Below are positions 40,801 through 50,284 of a stretch of 64,000 bases of DNA, in pieces. The notes beneath the pieces were generated by a model, which was given only the letters and a program-made list of their open reading frames with translations, was not told where the DNA came from and made no database searches. Every line of letters begins with the position of its first letter. Within the stretch, counting starts at the first letter, position 1. The stretch is from Leptospirales bacterium (GTDB lineage: Bacteria > Spirochaetota > Leptospiria > Turneriellales > JAOUFE01): the NCBI GenBank assembly GCA_040326155.1, contig JBEQLE010000007.1:16990-80989 (forward strand), written 5' to 3'. A program made the translations under genes and the position numbers.

Positions 40801-42988
40801 GATATTCGCTACGTTTCTGGTCGTCGTACATTTTCATGTACAAACGGGCGAGTTTCAAATGAGACTTTTTTTGATTCTCTGGCGTCATTATAGAATACGC
40901 CGCTTGCTGAATCCTGTCATGGGCAAACACATACTCTACATTAAGTTCACCACCGGATTCATCTCCAAGATCAATCCCGGCATCAGAAAACCGGTAATAG
41001 TCCCCCTTGGGTATTATCATTCCTTCTGTTATGACTTTTTTAAGATAGCTGGCGACTCGAACAGGTTCCCTGTCAATAAGACTCGCCAGGGTCGCAAGGT
41101 TAAATGTACTCCCAATCACAGCTGCAATGGAGAGTGTTTGCTGGTTGATTTTGGGTAGAGAGTTTACTTTCTCTGTAATGAAATCAAGTACATTGTCAGT
41201 AACATTCGATGCGACAATTTGTTCTAGTTCAATCTTCCATATATAATCGTCAGCAATAAAATGAATCAAACCTGATGCATGTATCGATTTAAAAAACTCA
41301 TTCACAAAAAATGGATTTCCATTTGTTTTTTGTATTATAATTTCCGCAAGTTGCTCCGCCTCGGATGATTCACATCGTATGGAGTTTGAAATTAAGTCAT
41401 TTACGCCACTCTTATCGAGTGGTCCGACTTCTATATAATCAGGATGTATTCCAAGTCCGGCTAGCTCATGGAGAGTTGACATTAAAATATGGTTCTGGTC
41501 CACCTCGTTATTACGATAAGCTCCGATAATCATCAAACCGGTTTGAGATGCTGAACTCATTAATGATTTGATCAACTTGAGTGATGCTGAATCCGCCCAT
41601 TGCAGATCGTCAAAAAACATAACAAGGGGTTTTCCGGGGCGTGAAAAAACTTGAATCAGATTCTGAAAAACCAACAGAAAACGATTTTGTGTTTCTTGGG
41701 AAGAGAGCTCCGGAACGGGTGGTTGATCTCCCAGAATAAATTCAGATTCCGGAATGACGTCAACGACAATCCGGCCATTTGAACCCAGTGCCTCCAATAA
41801 TTTAATTTTCCATTCGTTGATCTCTGTCGCATTGAGTAGTAACAACTGTAGAAACAAGTCACGCAGGGATTCAATCACAGCCGCATAGGGCAGATCTTTT
41901 TTATACTGGTCATATTTGCCCTGGACAAAATACCCGTTATGCAAGGTAAGTGGCTGATGAATTTCATGAATTAGAGAAGTTTTACCAATCCCTGATAATC
42001 CGGTTACCAGCAGCAAACGGGGATCCCCCTCTATTACTTCATTGTATACAGCAAGAAGAGATGCTATCTCTTTCTCCCGTCCAAAAAGACGCTGTGATAT
42101 CATAAATATATTCGCGGTATCATGACGGCCTACCTCAAAAGGCTCGTCAATTTTATCAGATTCAAAATTTTTCAGAATTTTTTCGATATCATACTCCAGA
42201 CCTTCTGCGCTCTGATATCGATCTTCCGGGTTTTTTTCTAATAGTTTGATTATTACTTGAGAAATTACCAGGGGAATATTACTATCAACCTCATGTGGTG
42301 GTACCGGAATTTTGGCAATATGGGAATGTATTGTCTGCATGGGATCATCAAATACAAAAGGAGGTTTTCCACAAAATAGTTCATATAAAGTAGCGCCAAC
42401 AGAATAGAGGTCACTTCGAAAATCCACAGATCGGTTGATTCTACCGGTTTGCTCGGGCGAAATGTAATACACAGAACCGCCCAACCTATCAAAGGCGCTG
42501 AAGTTAACTGTCTCGCGGGTTAAAAAACCAGACAGACCAAAATCAGTAACTTTTAACTCTTTTCGATCATAATTAAATATTAAATTGGAAGGCTTGATGT
42601 CTTTATGTAAAATTCCAAGCTCATGTAATTTTTTTGTTATATTTGCTAGAGAAAGAGATAATTCAATTTTTCGTAGCATTGTAAAATCTGCTTCAAAGTC
42701 CCAGGCATTTAACGCCTTGCCCCCGGGGTTCTCTTTTACCAGAGCCCATTGGTTGCCATGTTGTTCTACCGAAATAACTTTGACGACTTCAGGGATTTTT
42801 ATTTCTCGGGTGATAGCATATTCATATTTTAATATGGCAATATCTTCTTGCCGGGGATTTTCCTGTTTGAGTAATTTTATGATTACTGAAGAACCTGTCG
42901 TTTCTTGAATTCCCTCGTAGACATCCGCAATGGGACCTTCAAATATTTTTTTTTGTAAAATACAATTTCCGATTGTAAGTTCTTCCAT
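37823..42988 (-). CDS. Ser/Thr kinase-AAA/STAND ATPase-TPR-like-GAF-adenylate cyclase
   Basis: HKDIKPSN, DFG, YISPEQTGR; GLSGIGKT, FDDLQWAD; GAF SVLCLPI..LYLEN; KTIGDAYM, YDIWGDTVNIASR. Confidence 0.92.
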   Translation of the reverse strand: MEELTIGNCILQKKIFEGPIADVYEGIQETTGSSVIIKLLKQENPRQEDIAILKYEYAITREIKIPEVVKVISVEQHGNQWALVKENPGGKALNAWDFEADFTMLRKIELSLSLANITKKLHELGILHKDIKPSNLIFNYDRKELKVTDFGLSGFLTRETVNFSAFDRLGGSVYYISPEQTGRINRSVDFRSDLYSVGATLYELFCGKPPFVFDDPMQTIHSHIAKIPVPPHEVDSNIPLVISQVIIKLLEKNPEDRYQSAEGLEYDIEKILKNFESDKIDEPFEVGRHDTANIFMISQRLFGREKEIASLLAVYNEVIEGDPRLLLVTGLSGIGKTSLIHEIHQPLTLHNGYFVQGKYDQYKKDLPYAAVIESLRDLFLQLLLLNATEINEWKIKLLEALGSNGRIVVDVIPESEFILGDQPPVPELSSQETQNRFLLVFQNLIQVFSRPGKPLVMFFDDLQWADSASLKLIKSLMSSASQTGLMIIGAYRNNEVDQNHILMSTLHELAGLGIHPDYIEVGPLDKSGVNDLISNSIRCESSEAEQLAEIIIQKTNGNPFFVNEFFKSIHASGLIHFIADDYIWKIELEQIVASNVTDNVLDFITEKVNSLPKINQQTLSIAAVIGSTFNLATLASLIDREPVRVASYLKKVITEGMIIPKGDYYRFSDAGIDLGDESGGELNVEYVFAHDRIQQAAYSIMTPENQKKSHLKLARLYMKMYDDQKRSEYLFDIVNQYNHAKDLVSKEVEKYELIELNLAAAKKADSCNAFSACLQYCQTAISLLDSSDWKHHYESVFNLYRYAAQSSLYCADYSSMDEYTTILEKNSQANIDKVAAYEIRIEALIAQNLLFEAVQVAVAALNILGQKFPKKPGNLDVLKAIVRTHFILRKYPVEKLATIPEMKSPETLAAMRIMTGVFSAAYISLPPLMPIFVMRQVELSAKKGNSPLSAFAYANYGLILSGILGKLAKGYAFSDLALGILEKYDTRFIETKTIFSVYSFIKHLKLHPRETIPLLMEAYKTGLETGDFEYTSWSILGTTYTRFFCGDPLEPLLQDIAKYNEIISKLNQESVLSKLHLWHQVVLNFKSKSQTPWVLLGEHYNEEDMIPALKKSNQLAELAQLFISKLILAVHFKQYHTATMYADEMEKHLASVPGTMFTTLYFAYNCFSRIVYISENSTVQKKSNLNKVKKDFKKLQKLADFAGENLLHFTLLMDAEFARYQGKNSIAEELYKDAIKAAEKNNYIHIEAMICERLADFYKNNKSDKKSIEYQSIAKSKYETWGSDLLPEMISTLYKKEVSPKNVIATDNLPGDQQGLSTSTSTGFSSLDIQTVLKASEVISRSLLLDKLASDLLEISLENAGASRGFILIKNESGFKVFAGAEVKEDRIQLLAISEKQENSLADSIVQFCARTGEIVVVGNATTDKLFGRDTYIQSAGTKSVLCLPIKHFGEINAMLYLENNLIEQAFSENRLELLKLLSGQIAVSINNAMLYENLEEKVKTRTKEIEIEKKKSDDLLLNILPEETANELKKYGKARVKKYENASIMFIDFIDFTKISELMSPHELVYEIDTCFSKFDMIIESYGIEKIKTIGDAYMCASGLPVETDNHAQDIINAGLDIRDFLDSYMVSKKEKGETGFSARIGIHSGSVVAGVVGLKKFAYDIWGDTVNIASRIESSGEKGKVNVSATVRSLVPESFNYTSRGKIKAKNKGELDMYFVERQ

Positions 42989-43193
42989 TTCTTTTCACCT
43001 CTTAATTTGCAACGATCGCCCACGGCGTATTAGGATAACAATCGAAGAAAGTACCATAAATATGGTAACCTGTATTGTAAAAAAGTACCAAAATATATGT
43101 TTCTCGAGAAAAAAAGCCTCAAATACCTGAAATTTGAAATCAAAACGAGGCAGAAACGAAACTGCGGTATTACATTTTCTTGGTTCGTTGTAA

Positions 43194-43409
43194 CTATTTA
43201 GCCTCAACCAATTTTTTAATTTTTATAGCTTTCTCAAAATGGTCTAATTTATGAGTCAATATCCACCATTTTGCAGCCTCCATTAATAGTTGAGGGTCAT
43301 CGTTTTTGTTTGCGAAAAATGCATAAAATGAAAGCCCTACATTGATTCCTTTTGATTCAATTTTTTTGTTGCAGACTTCAATTATTTTGTTTTTTAATAT
43401 TTTATTCAT
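43194..43409 (-). CDS. Small conserved protein (DUF6500-like)
   Basis: VGLSFYAFFANKNDDP..EAAKWWI..HKLDHFEKA; start trimmed to MNKIL. Confidence 0.65.
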   Translation of the reverse strand: MNKILKNKIIEVCNKKIESKGINVGLSFYAFFANKNDDPQLLMEAAKWWILTHKLDHFEKAIKIKKLVEAK

Positions 43410-43474
43410 ACTTCCTGGCTTTCTCATTTTAGTTCTATTATGCCAAGGCTAGACGGTTCTGCCAGTGTTTAATC

Positions 43475-46400
43475 CTATAAATATTTTTTCATTATAGCAA
43501 TTTCATCGGGAAATTTTCGAAGTGTGATATTAATGCCTTCTGTATCATACATCGATGCATGTTTTAATAATTTTTGAGCCCATCCTTGAATCGAGGGGTA
43601 TTCATATTTCTCAGAAGTTTCCATAATATCCGTAGCAAACTTTTTAATGTCGTTGATAATAATGCCATCTGATAAAGACTTCCATTGATTATAAAAGTCA
43701 CCTTCCATTTGTTCTATGAGCTTAGGTAACATCTTTTTTGTTTCTATAGAAATCTCAAATGTAGACTCAACAACATCGGCTGATTCTTCAGGTTCGGAAT
43801 CTGATTCTTTGTACGGCAAATACTTCATTAAAGTGTGAAACAGTTGATCTCTAGTGAAGGGTTTATGTAAAGAATCGTCGGTGACTTTATTTATATCTGA
43901 AGAGCTTGGTACAATCGTTGAAGCTGTCACAGCAACAATGGGAATACTGTGTGTATTTTTATCTTCCTTAATTTTCAAAGTGGCATTATAACCGTTCATT
44001 ACCGGCATTTTCATATCCATCAAAATCAAATTTGGCTTTTCGTTTGTAGCAGCCTCCCATGCCTGTTGACCATTTTCAACCTCAATAAGTATTAAATTCG
44101 TTTCCTGTAAATAACCCTTGATTAAATCACGATTACTTTTAATGTCATCAGCCACGAGCACAGTGGCTTTTTCAAATGTTATCGAAGAATAATTGATCGG
44201 TGGTTTTGTATTTTCGATTACGGATGCATCTGAAATTTCGACATCATGTAGCGTTACTGAAAAGGTCGACCCTTTACCCAATGTACTTTGCAGATTAATT
44301 TCTCCCCCCATCAGATTGACCAAACGAGTGGTGATGGCAAGACCCAAACCGGTTCCCCCATACTCCTTATTATTTTGTCCCTCATTTTGTACAAAGGCAT
44401 TGAAGATTAATTTTTGTTGGTTATCCGGTATTCCGATACCAGTGTCTTCCACACGAATGAGCAAGTCGATATACTTTTTCTTTTCTTTCTTTGTGATGTT
44501 ACCTTGTTGGGATACCATTATTTTGATATAGCCATCTTCCGTAAATTTCATGGCATTGCCAATGAGGTTTAACAAAACTTGTCGAACCCTGGTCTCATCC
44601 AAAATGACATTACCTGGCAAATTCTCATCTATATCGATCTCAAATGCCAAAGTTTTTTCTAACATTTTTTGTAAGAAAACTTGCTTTATATCTAAAAATA
44701 TTTGTTCCAGGTTAACTGGTTCTTTTTGAACATTTAATTTCCCAGCTTCGACTTTTGAAAGATCAAGTATATCGTTGATTAAATGCAATAACGTTTTACC
44801 AGATGATGCTATGGAAGAAACATATTCTTTGATCGTTTCATCTTTTACCATCCCGCCCAATATTTCTGTAAAACCCAAAATGGCATTCATGGGTGTTCGT
44901 ATCTCATGACTCATATTGGATAAAAATTCCGACTTGGTCTGATTTGCCGCCTCGGCCTGTTGTTTGGCATGTTCCAATTGTTCCTGGGTCTTTTTCAAGG
45001 CCTCAATATCCGTTATTACGGCGACCATACCGAGAAAATTGTCATTGTCATCATAAAGAAATCTTGCAGAGTTTCTGGCCACCATAATCGACTTATCTTT
45101 TCTTATAAAATGATTCTCGTTAATAATATCAGGCAGGCGTACTCCGGTTTTTGCCATCTGTATAGCCCCATCAAACCGCTTACGGTCTTCTAGATTTTCC
45201 CAATGAGTACTACTGGGTTTGCCAATCATCTCTTCCACAGTATACCCTAACATTTCGAGGCCTTTTTGGTTCACATAAGTATACAACCCATTTTCATCAA
45301 GTGTTACAACACCCTCATTCATGGTTTCTACAATGCCGCGATATTTCATCTCTTGATCGGCAATTTTTTTCAAACTCTTTTCTAGTTCTATTTTTTGCAA
45401 AGCTTGTTTTGTCATGTCTATAGTGACACCATGCATACGAACATTTTTTCCTTTGTCGTCTTGTTCAAACTCTGAGAGGGAGTGTACATATTTCAGTTCA
45501 CCATCGGCAGCGATGATACGGTATTCTGCATCATTCTGGCCATGAATTTTATAGCTTTCTTCAAATGATTTGACATGCGCTTGAACATCGTCGGGATGAA
45601 CGAACTTTTGATATGCCTCATTATCTGGTGGTGTTTCTCCTACGGTTAACCCAAACAATCTGTACATTTGATCAGACCATGTTGATGAATTGGTACGCAT
45701 GTCCCATGTCCAGTCTCCCATATTAGCAATTTCCTGGGCTCGGGCTAGGCTGTGACGACTTTCTTCCAGTTCTTTTTCTACTTTTTTGCGTTCTGTTAGA
45801 TCGCGAATCATAACCATATCGGCGGGCAATCCTTTTAAATCAATAATAGAAGCGTTCACCTCGACGGGTATACTATCCCCATTATTATTCTTGAAATCCA
45901 GTTGATAAATACTGGGTACTTTCTTTCCTGACATTCGATCTGCATATCTCTTGGCAACCAACTCTCGACTGGAGTCAGCAACATATTGCATAAATTCAGA
46001 TTCCAACAACTGCTCTTTTCTATATCCAAGCAACTGTGAAGCGGAATCATTTACAAAAAGAACCTTCCCATCTTGAAGAATAAGAATTGTATCCTTTGAC
46101 TTTTCGATGAGAGTTGAATATTTATTTTCTTGTTCTGCAAGCTTTTGTAAGCTATTTTCAAGTTCTTGTTTTTGTTGTTCTTGTTTGGTGATATCATCGA
46201 AGATGCAGACAGCACCCATTTTAATACCTTTGATGACGAATTCATTCACAGAAAAATTTACAAATTGTTGATGATTCGGCAATGGGCAAAAATCTCCCGT
46301 GTATTTACCGCTTGATTCCTTTCCGGAAATAATATTAACAATCAACTCGGCCATAACAGTACCTGATTCTGTTTCTTTCAAATGATCAATGGCACTGATT

Positions 46401-47134
46401 CCAATAAGAGAATGATTGTTTGCACCATCCAAAACTTTCGGTGCCGTCTTGTTATAATCAATAATGATGCCATCATTGTTCACCACAATCATAGCCAAAG
46501 GAGCATTCTGAAAAATGCTCTGAAAATAAGTAAAAGAATCCAGTGTTTGCAAAGCTTCTTTTGGTTTCATTCTTTGGGCGTAGTCCATGGAAATAAAGCG
46601 ACTTCGAATAACACCATTAGTATCAATAATAAAAGTGGCAGGCACCGGAAGGTTCCAACTATGATCCGCATTTTGTTTCGCCAGATCGACCTTAAATTTT
46701 TCTTGATAAATCTGCTTAAGCTCAGGAGTAAAGGTGAATTGAATTTTATAATCTTGAATTACTTTTTGTTCAGGATCGCTTAAAACTTCAAAATGCAAAT
46801 CCATTTGCGTTGCCAGTTTTCTTGCATGTGCAACATCCTGGGGGCTAATGGCAACGAGAGTGCCACCGGAGGCGGAAATTTCATTTTGTATGGCGTGGTA
46901 GCCTTCCAGTTCTTCGGAACAATACTCGCACCAATCCCCCCGAAAAAACGATAAAATAACCGGTCCCTTTTTTAAAAAGTCATGCAGGCATACTTCTTTG
47001 TTATTGGAGTTTTGCAAACAAAAATCGGGCGCAACGTCTCCAATCTGAAGCCCTGGCGCTATATTTGTTGCTTCAATTTTCTTTAGTTCGGCGGCAACGC
47101 TTGTTTGTTTGCCCGATGTTTTTTTAGAGGCCAT
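43475..47134 (-). CDS. Hybrid histidine kinase with N-terminal peroxiredoxin-like (AhpC/TSA) domain, four PAS domains, HisKA, HATPase and REC
   Basis: GDVAPDF..GPVILSFFRGDWCEYC..LVAISPQ..VLSD..LPVPATFIID; FLSNMSHEIRTPMN; NLIGNAMKFT; GGTGLGL; LILMDMKMP. Confidence 0.9.
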   Translation of the reverse strand: MASKKTSGKQTSVAAELKKIEATNIAPGLQIGDVAPDFCLQNSNNKEVCLHDFLKKGPVILSFFRGDWCEYCSEELEGYHAIQNEISASGGTLVAISPQDVAHARKLATQMDLHFEVLSDPEQKVIQDYKIQFTFTPELKQIYQEKFKVDLAKQNADHSWNLPVPATFIIDTNGVIRSRFISMDYAQRMKPKEALQTLDSFTYFQSIFQNAPLAMIVVNNDGIIIDYNKTAPKVLDGANNHSLIGISAIDHLKETESGTVMAELIVNIISGKESSGKYTGDFCPLPNHQQFVNFSVNEFVIKGIKMGAVCIFDDITKQEQQKQELENSLQKLAEQENKYSTLIEKSKDTILILQDGKVLFVNDSASQLLGYRKEQLLESEFMQYVADSSRELVAKRYADRMSGKKVPSIYQLDFKNNNGDSIPVEVNASIIDLKGLPADMVMIRDLTERKKVEKELEESRHSLARAQEIANMGDWTWDMRTNSSTWSDQMYRLFGLTVGETPPDNEAYQKFVHPDDVQAHVKSFEESYKIHGQNDAEYRIIAADGELKYVHSLSEFEQDDKGKNVRMHGVTIDMTKQALQKIELEKSLKKIADQEMKYRGIVETMNEGVVTLDENGLYTYVNQKGLEMLGYTVEEMIGKPSSTHWENLEDRKRFDGAIQMAKTGVRLPDIINENHFIRKDKSIMVARNSARFLYDDNDNFLGMVAVITDIEALKKTQEQLEHAKQQAEAANQTKSEFLSNMSHEIRTPMNAILGFTEILGGMVKDETIKEYVSSIASSGKTLLHLINDILDLSKVEAGKLNVQKEPVNLEQIFLDIKQVFLQKMLEKTLAFEIDIDENLPGNVILDETRVRQVLLNLIGNAMKFTEDGYIKIMVSQQGNITKKEKKKYIDLLIRVEDTGIGIPDNQQKLIFNAFVQNEGQNNKEYGGTGLGLAITTRLVNLMGGEINLQSTLGKGSTFSVTLHDVEISDASVIENTKPPINYSSITFEKATVLVADDIKSNRDLIKGYLQETNLILIEVENGQQAWEAATNEKPNLILMDMKMPVMNGYNATLKIKEDKNTHSIPIVAVTASTIVPSSSDINKVTDDSLHKPFTRDQLFHTLMKYLPYKESDSEPEESADVVESTFEISIETKKMLPKLIEQMEGDFYNQWKSLSDGIIINDIKKFATDIMETSEKYEYPSIQGWAQKLLKHASMYDTEGINITLRKFPDEIAIMKKYL

Positions 47135-47285
47135 AGTGGTAATCCTGTTTCACTTGCTTCTTTAGTAGATGTTACATCAAGCAATTATTTTCCTGGGTCA
47201 CGGCTTCAGGCGCAAAGACAACTTTCTATAATTGCCTTTATAAATTTTATTGACGCGTCAACCTGACCAAAGTAGGTTCAACCCT

Positions 47286-49871
47286 ATGGCAAAAGACACT
47301 GCAAACCCGAAGCCCGGCGGACCGCGCCCGCAAATTTTCATCAGTTACGCGCACAAAGACAACGACCCGGAAACATCTGAAGTTTTGTGGCTGAATCGCG
47401 TTCTGGATCACCTGACGGTTTTACAACTCCAGGATAAGACGACCCTTTGGACAGATAAGAACATCAAACCGGGCCAGGAATGGCACAACGAGGTTAACAC
47501 AGCGTTAGAGTCGGCAAATGTTGCCCTTTTGTTGATCAGCCAACATTTTATCGGTTCGGAGTTCATTCAAAACAGCGAGTTACCGGTTTTACTCCGAAGG
47601 GCAAAAGATGAAAAAAGTCTAACTATCATTCCCATTCATATCCGCGCATGTAACTGGGAGCTTGTCGAATGTAATTATCCCGACCCGAGAAATGGACCAA
47701 ATATTTTTTTATTGAGTGACTTTCAAAGCGCCAACAAACCGCATAAACCATTCAACGTCCTTGACGAAGGTGAAGTAGATAGAATATTAAAAGAGATTGT
47801 TCGCCAAGTGGCAGAAGTCCTGAAAAACATCGGCCCCACTGCACTCGCCCAACCCCAACCCAAATCGGTCCACCACAACCTGCCCTGGGAGAAAAACCCC
47901 TGGTTTACCGGCCGCGCCAAAGAGCTCGCTGCTATTCAAACGCAACTCGTCCAAACTCAAAAAGCCGCTATTTACGGAATCGGCGGCGTCGGAAAAACAC
48001 AAACGGCTGTGCAGTATGGCTATAACCACTTGGACGACTACAACCACATTTTCTGGGTTCGCGCCCAGAACGAAAATGATATTCTCGACGGCTACGGCCA
48101 GATTGCAACGATACTCGGTCTTGGTGTCGCAAGCGAGGCCAACATTGAACACCGCGCCAGGGTCGTTAAAGCCCATCTTGAAAACCCCGAGGCGATTCAA
48201 GACTACCTTGTCATCTACGATAACGGCGACGACGTAGCGCCGGTCGAAACCTGGCGGCCCCACAACGCGGGTCATATATTGCTCACCTCGCGTGCCACAA
48301 ACTTTGACAAGCTCAACATTGTCTCTCCTGTTGAGATTAAAACTCTGCCCCCGGATGACGCCAAAACATTTTTATTAAAACGGGCCGGCATCGACTTAGA
48401 AAAATTAAGCAAGCAAGAACACAGCACAGTAAAGAGCCTTGTTCAAAAACTCGACGCCCTGCCGCTGGCTTTGGAACAAGCCGGGGCTTATATAAAAGAA
48501 AAAAAAGTCAACATACAAACCTACGCCGAAGCCTATGAAAATCGCCGTTTGAAAATTCTGGAAAAAGGCAAAAAGCATCTTAGTACGCACCCCGAGTCGG
48601 TCGCCACCACATGGCTCTTAAACTTTGAGCAGATTAAAAAGAACGCAGCCGCCGCAGAGGTTCTCTATTTTAGCGCCTTTACCCAGCCCGATCAAATACC
48701 CTTTGAACTCTTAAGCACCGCCCCCGAAGAGATTGGCCCCGCCTTTACCAGGCTATACCAGGAAGAAGATGAACTTGCCGTAAACGAGGCGCTCTCTAAA
48801 ATCGAACGCTTTTCGCTGGTCAGAGTCGACCCCCAAGAGAAGAGCTACACAATTCACCGGCTCGTGCAAGAGGTGATTCGCTCGCAATTAAGCAACGATG
48901 AAAATGAAAACAAGCATTGGGCCGAACGTTTTGTGAAGGCATTTACTGAGGCTTTTCCAGAGCCTGATTTTGAAAACTGGGCCGGGTGTGAACGGCTGAT
49001 TGAACAGGCCCCGGCGCTCTTGCGGTGGGTAGAAGAGTTTGACCTGGAGTCTGCCGAGGCGGCTCGTAGTTTAAACCAGGTTGGTTACTATTTAAAAGAA
49101 AGAGGGCGCTACCAGGATGTGGAGGGATATTATCAAAAAGCACTTTCGATACACAAAAACACTCTGGGCGAAGAGCACCAAAATACAGCCACGAGCTTGA
49201 ATAACCTGGCAGACTTGTATATAACACAAGGGCGGTATGATGAAGCGGAACCTCTTTATAAGCAGGCTCTGGAGATTCGAAAAAGGTTATTTGGTCTGGA
49301 ACACACCGCTACGGCCACGAGTTTAAATAACCTGGCGGCTCTTTTTTATGTTCAAGGCCGGTATGATGAAGCCGAGCCTCTTTTTGCTCAGGTCGTGGAG
49401 ATACAAAAAAAAGTATCAGGTCTGGAACACCCCATTACAGCCACGAGCTTGAATAATCTGGCGTTGCTATATAAAACAGCGGGGCGTTATGATGAAGCCG
49501 AACCTCTCTATAAGCAGGCCTTGGAGATTCGAAAAAGGTTATTTGGTCTGGAGCATCCTGATATGGCCGCGAGCTTGAATAATCTGGCTGAGTTGTACCG
49601 AGTTCAGGACCGATATTCCGAAGCTGAGCCTCTCTATGAACAGGCTCTGGAGATTGATAGAAAGACGCTTGGACCGGAACACACCGATACAGCCACGGAT
49701 ATGAATAATCTGGCGAGTTTGTATGAGTCGCAGGGCCGGTATGATGAAGCCGAGCCTATGTATAAACAAGCAGTCGAGATTCTTGAAAAAAGCGTAGGGC
49801 CGGATCATCCCAATACCATTGCGGGTCATGAAAATTGGGAGCTTTGCCGGAAGAAGATGTCAGGTGAATAA
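47286..49871 (+). CDS. TIR-NB-ARC(STAND)-TPR NLR-like protein
   Basis: TIR IFISYAHKD..IKPGQEW..SEFIQNSELP; Walker A GIGGVGKT, Walker B YLVIYDN, LPLALEQAGAY, HRLVQ; six ~42-aa TPR units; start trimmed to MAKDTAN. Confidence 0.9.
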   Translation: MAKDTANPKPGGPRPQIFISYAHKDNDPETSEVLWLNRVLDHLTVLQLQDKTTLWTDKNIKPGQEWHNEVNTALESANVALLLISQHFIGSEFIQNSELPVLLRRAKDEKSLTIIPIHIRACNWELVECNYPDPRNGPNIFLLSDFQSANKPHKPFNVLDEGEVDRILKEIVRQVAEVLKNIGPTALAQPQPKSVHHNLPWEKNPWFTGRAKELAAIQTQLVQTQKAAIYGIGGVGKTQTAVQYGYNHLDDYNHIFWVRAQNENDILDGYGQIATILGLGVASEANIEHRARVVKAHLENPEAIQDYLVIYDNGDDVAPVETWRPHNAGHILLTSRATNFDKLNIVSPVEIKTLPPDDAKTFLLKRAGIDLEKLSKQEHSTVKSLVQKLDALPLALEQAGAYIKEKKVNIQTYAEAYENRRLKILEKGKKHLSTHPESVATTWLLNFEQIKKNAAAAEVLYFSAFTQPDQIPFELLSTAPEEIGPAFTRLYQEEDELAVNEALSKIERFSLVRVDPQEKSYTIHRLVQEVIRSQLSNDENENKHWAERFVKAFTEAFPEPDFENWAGCERLIEQAPALLRWVEEFDLESAEAARSLNQVGYYLKERGRYQDVEGYYQKALSIHKNTLGEEHQNTATSLNNLADLYITQGRYDEAEPLYKQALEIRKRLFGLEHTATATSLNNLAALFYVQGRYDEAEPLFAQVVEIQKKVSGLEHPITATSLNNLALLYKTAGRYDEAEPLYKQALEIRKRLFGLEHPDMAASLNNLAELYRVQDRYSEAEPLYEQALEIDRKTLGPEHTDTATDMNNLASLYESQGRYDEAEPMYKQAVEILEKSVGPDHPNTIAGHENWELCRKKMSGE

Positions 49872-49922
49872 ACCGCACGAAAATTTGACGTGTGGTTAAT
49901 ACGCAGGGGGTAGCGAAGAATC

Positions 49923-49954
49923 TTTTATTTTATTTTTATAAAAATAAAATAAAA
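49923..49954. repeat. Perfect 32-bp A/T-only palindrome
   Basis: ttttattttatttttataaaaataaaataaaa. Confidence 0.9.
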
Positions 49955-50092
49955 ATTCGGAGCGAGGGGGAAGGCTTTCACCCTCTAACTTTCCATGTTC
50001 TTGTGCAGGATTTTTAAAGCGGTTTCTCTATCCACAACATAATTAATTAAGATTTGTTATTGGCAGTTATTTGACCGGCGCTTCTTATATCG

Positions 50093-50284
50093 TTATTTCG
50101 CCAAGGGGGGCGAAATAACATGAACTCCTCTATCTGTAATAAGTTCTTTATACAATTGTGATTCATGCACCTCTTTAGACATGTTTTCTGCATAATCAGA
50201 TAAACTTAAATGCTTATTCTTTTCATATTCTGAATTTCTAATATTTCGAACCCAGTCGACACAATCAAATTTTTTATTCGTCAT
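50093..50284 (-). CDS. Small hypothetical protein
   Basis: 63-aa ORF, N-terminal KKFDCV..R.IR motif. Confidence 0.5.
   Translation of the reverse strand: MTNKKFDCVDWVRNIRNSEYEKNKHLSLSDYAENMSKEVHESQLYKELITDRGVHVISPPLAK

Noticed and set aside
43140..43195. attC start after the DUF6500-like gene, and the tgacctaa/ttaggtca hairpin at 29475-29501
   Set aside because: No matching GTTRRRY partner or extended stem; too weak
49170..49830. Regular 126-bp repeats as a CRISPR array
   Set aside because: They are in-frame TPR coding units; no cas genes or repeat-spacer structure
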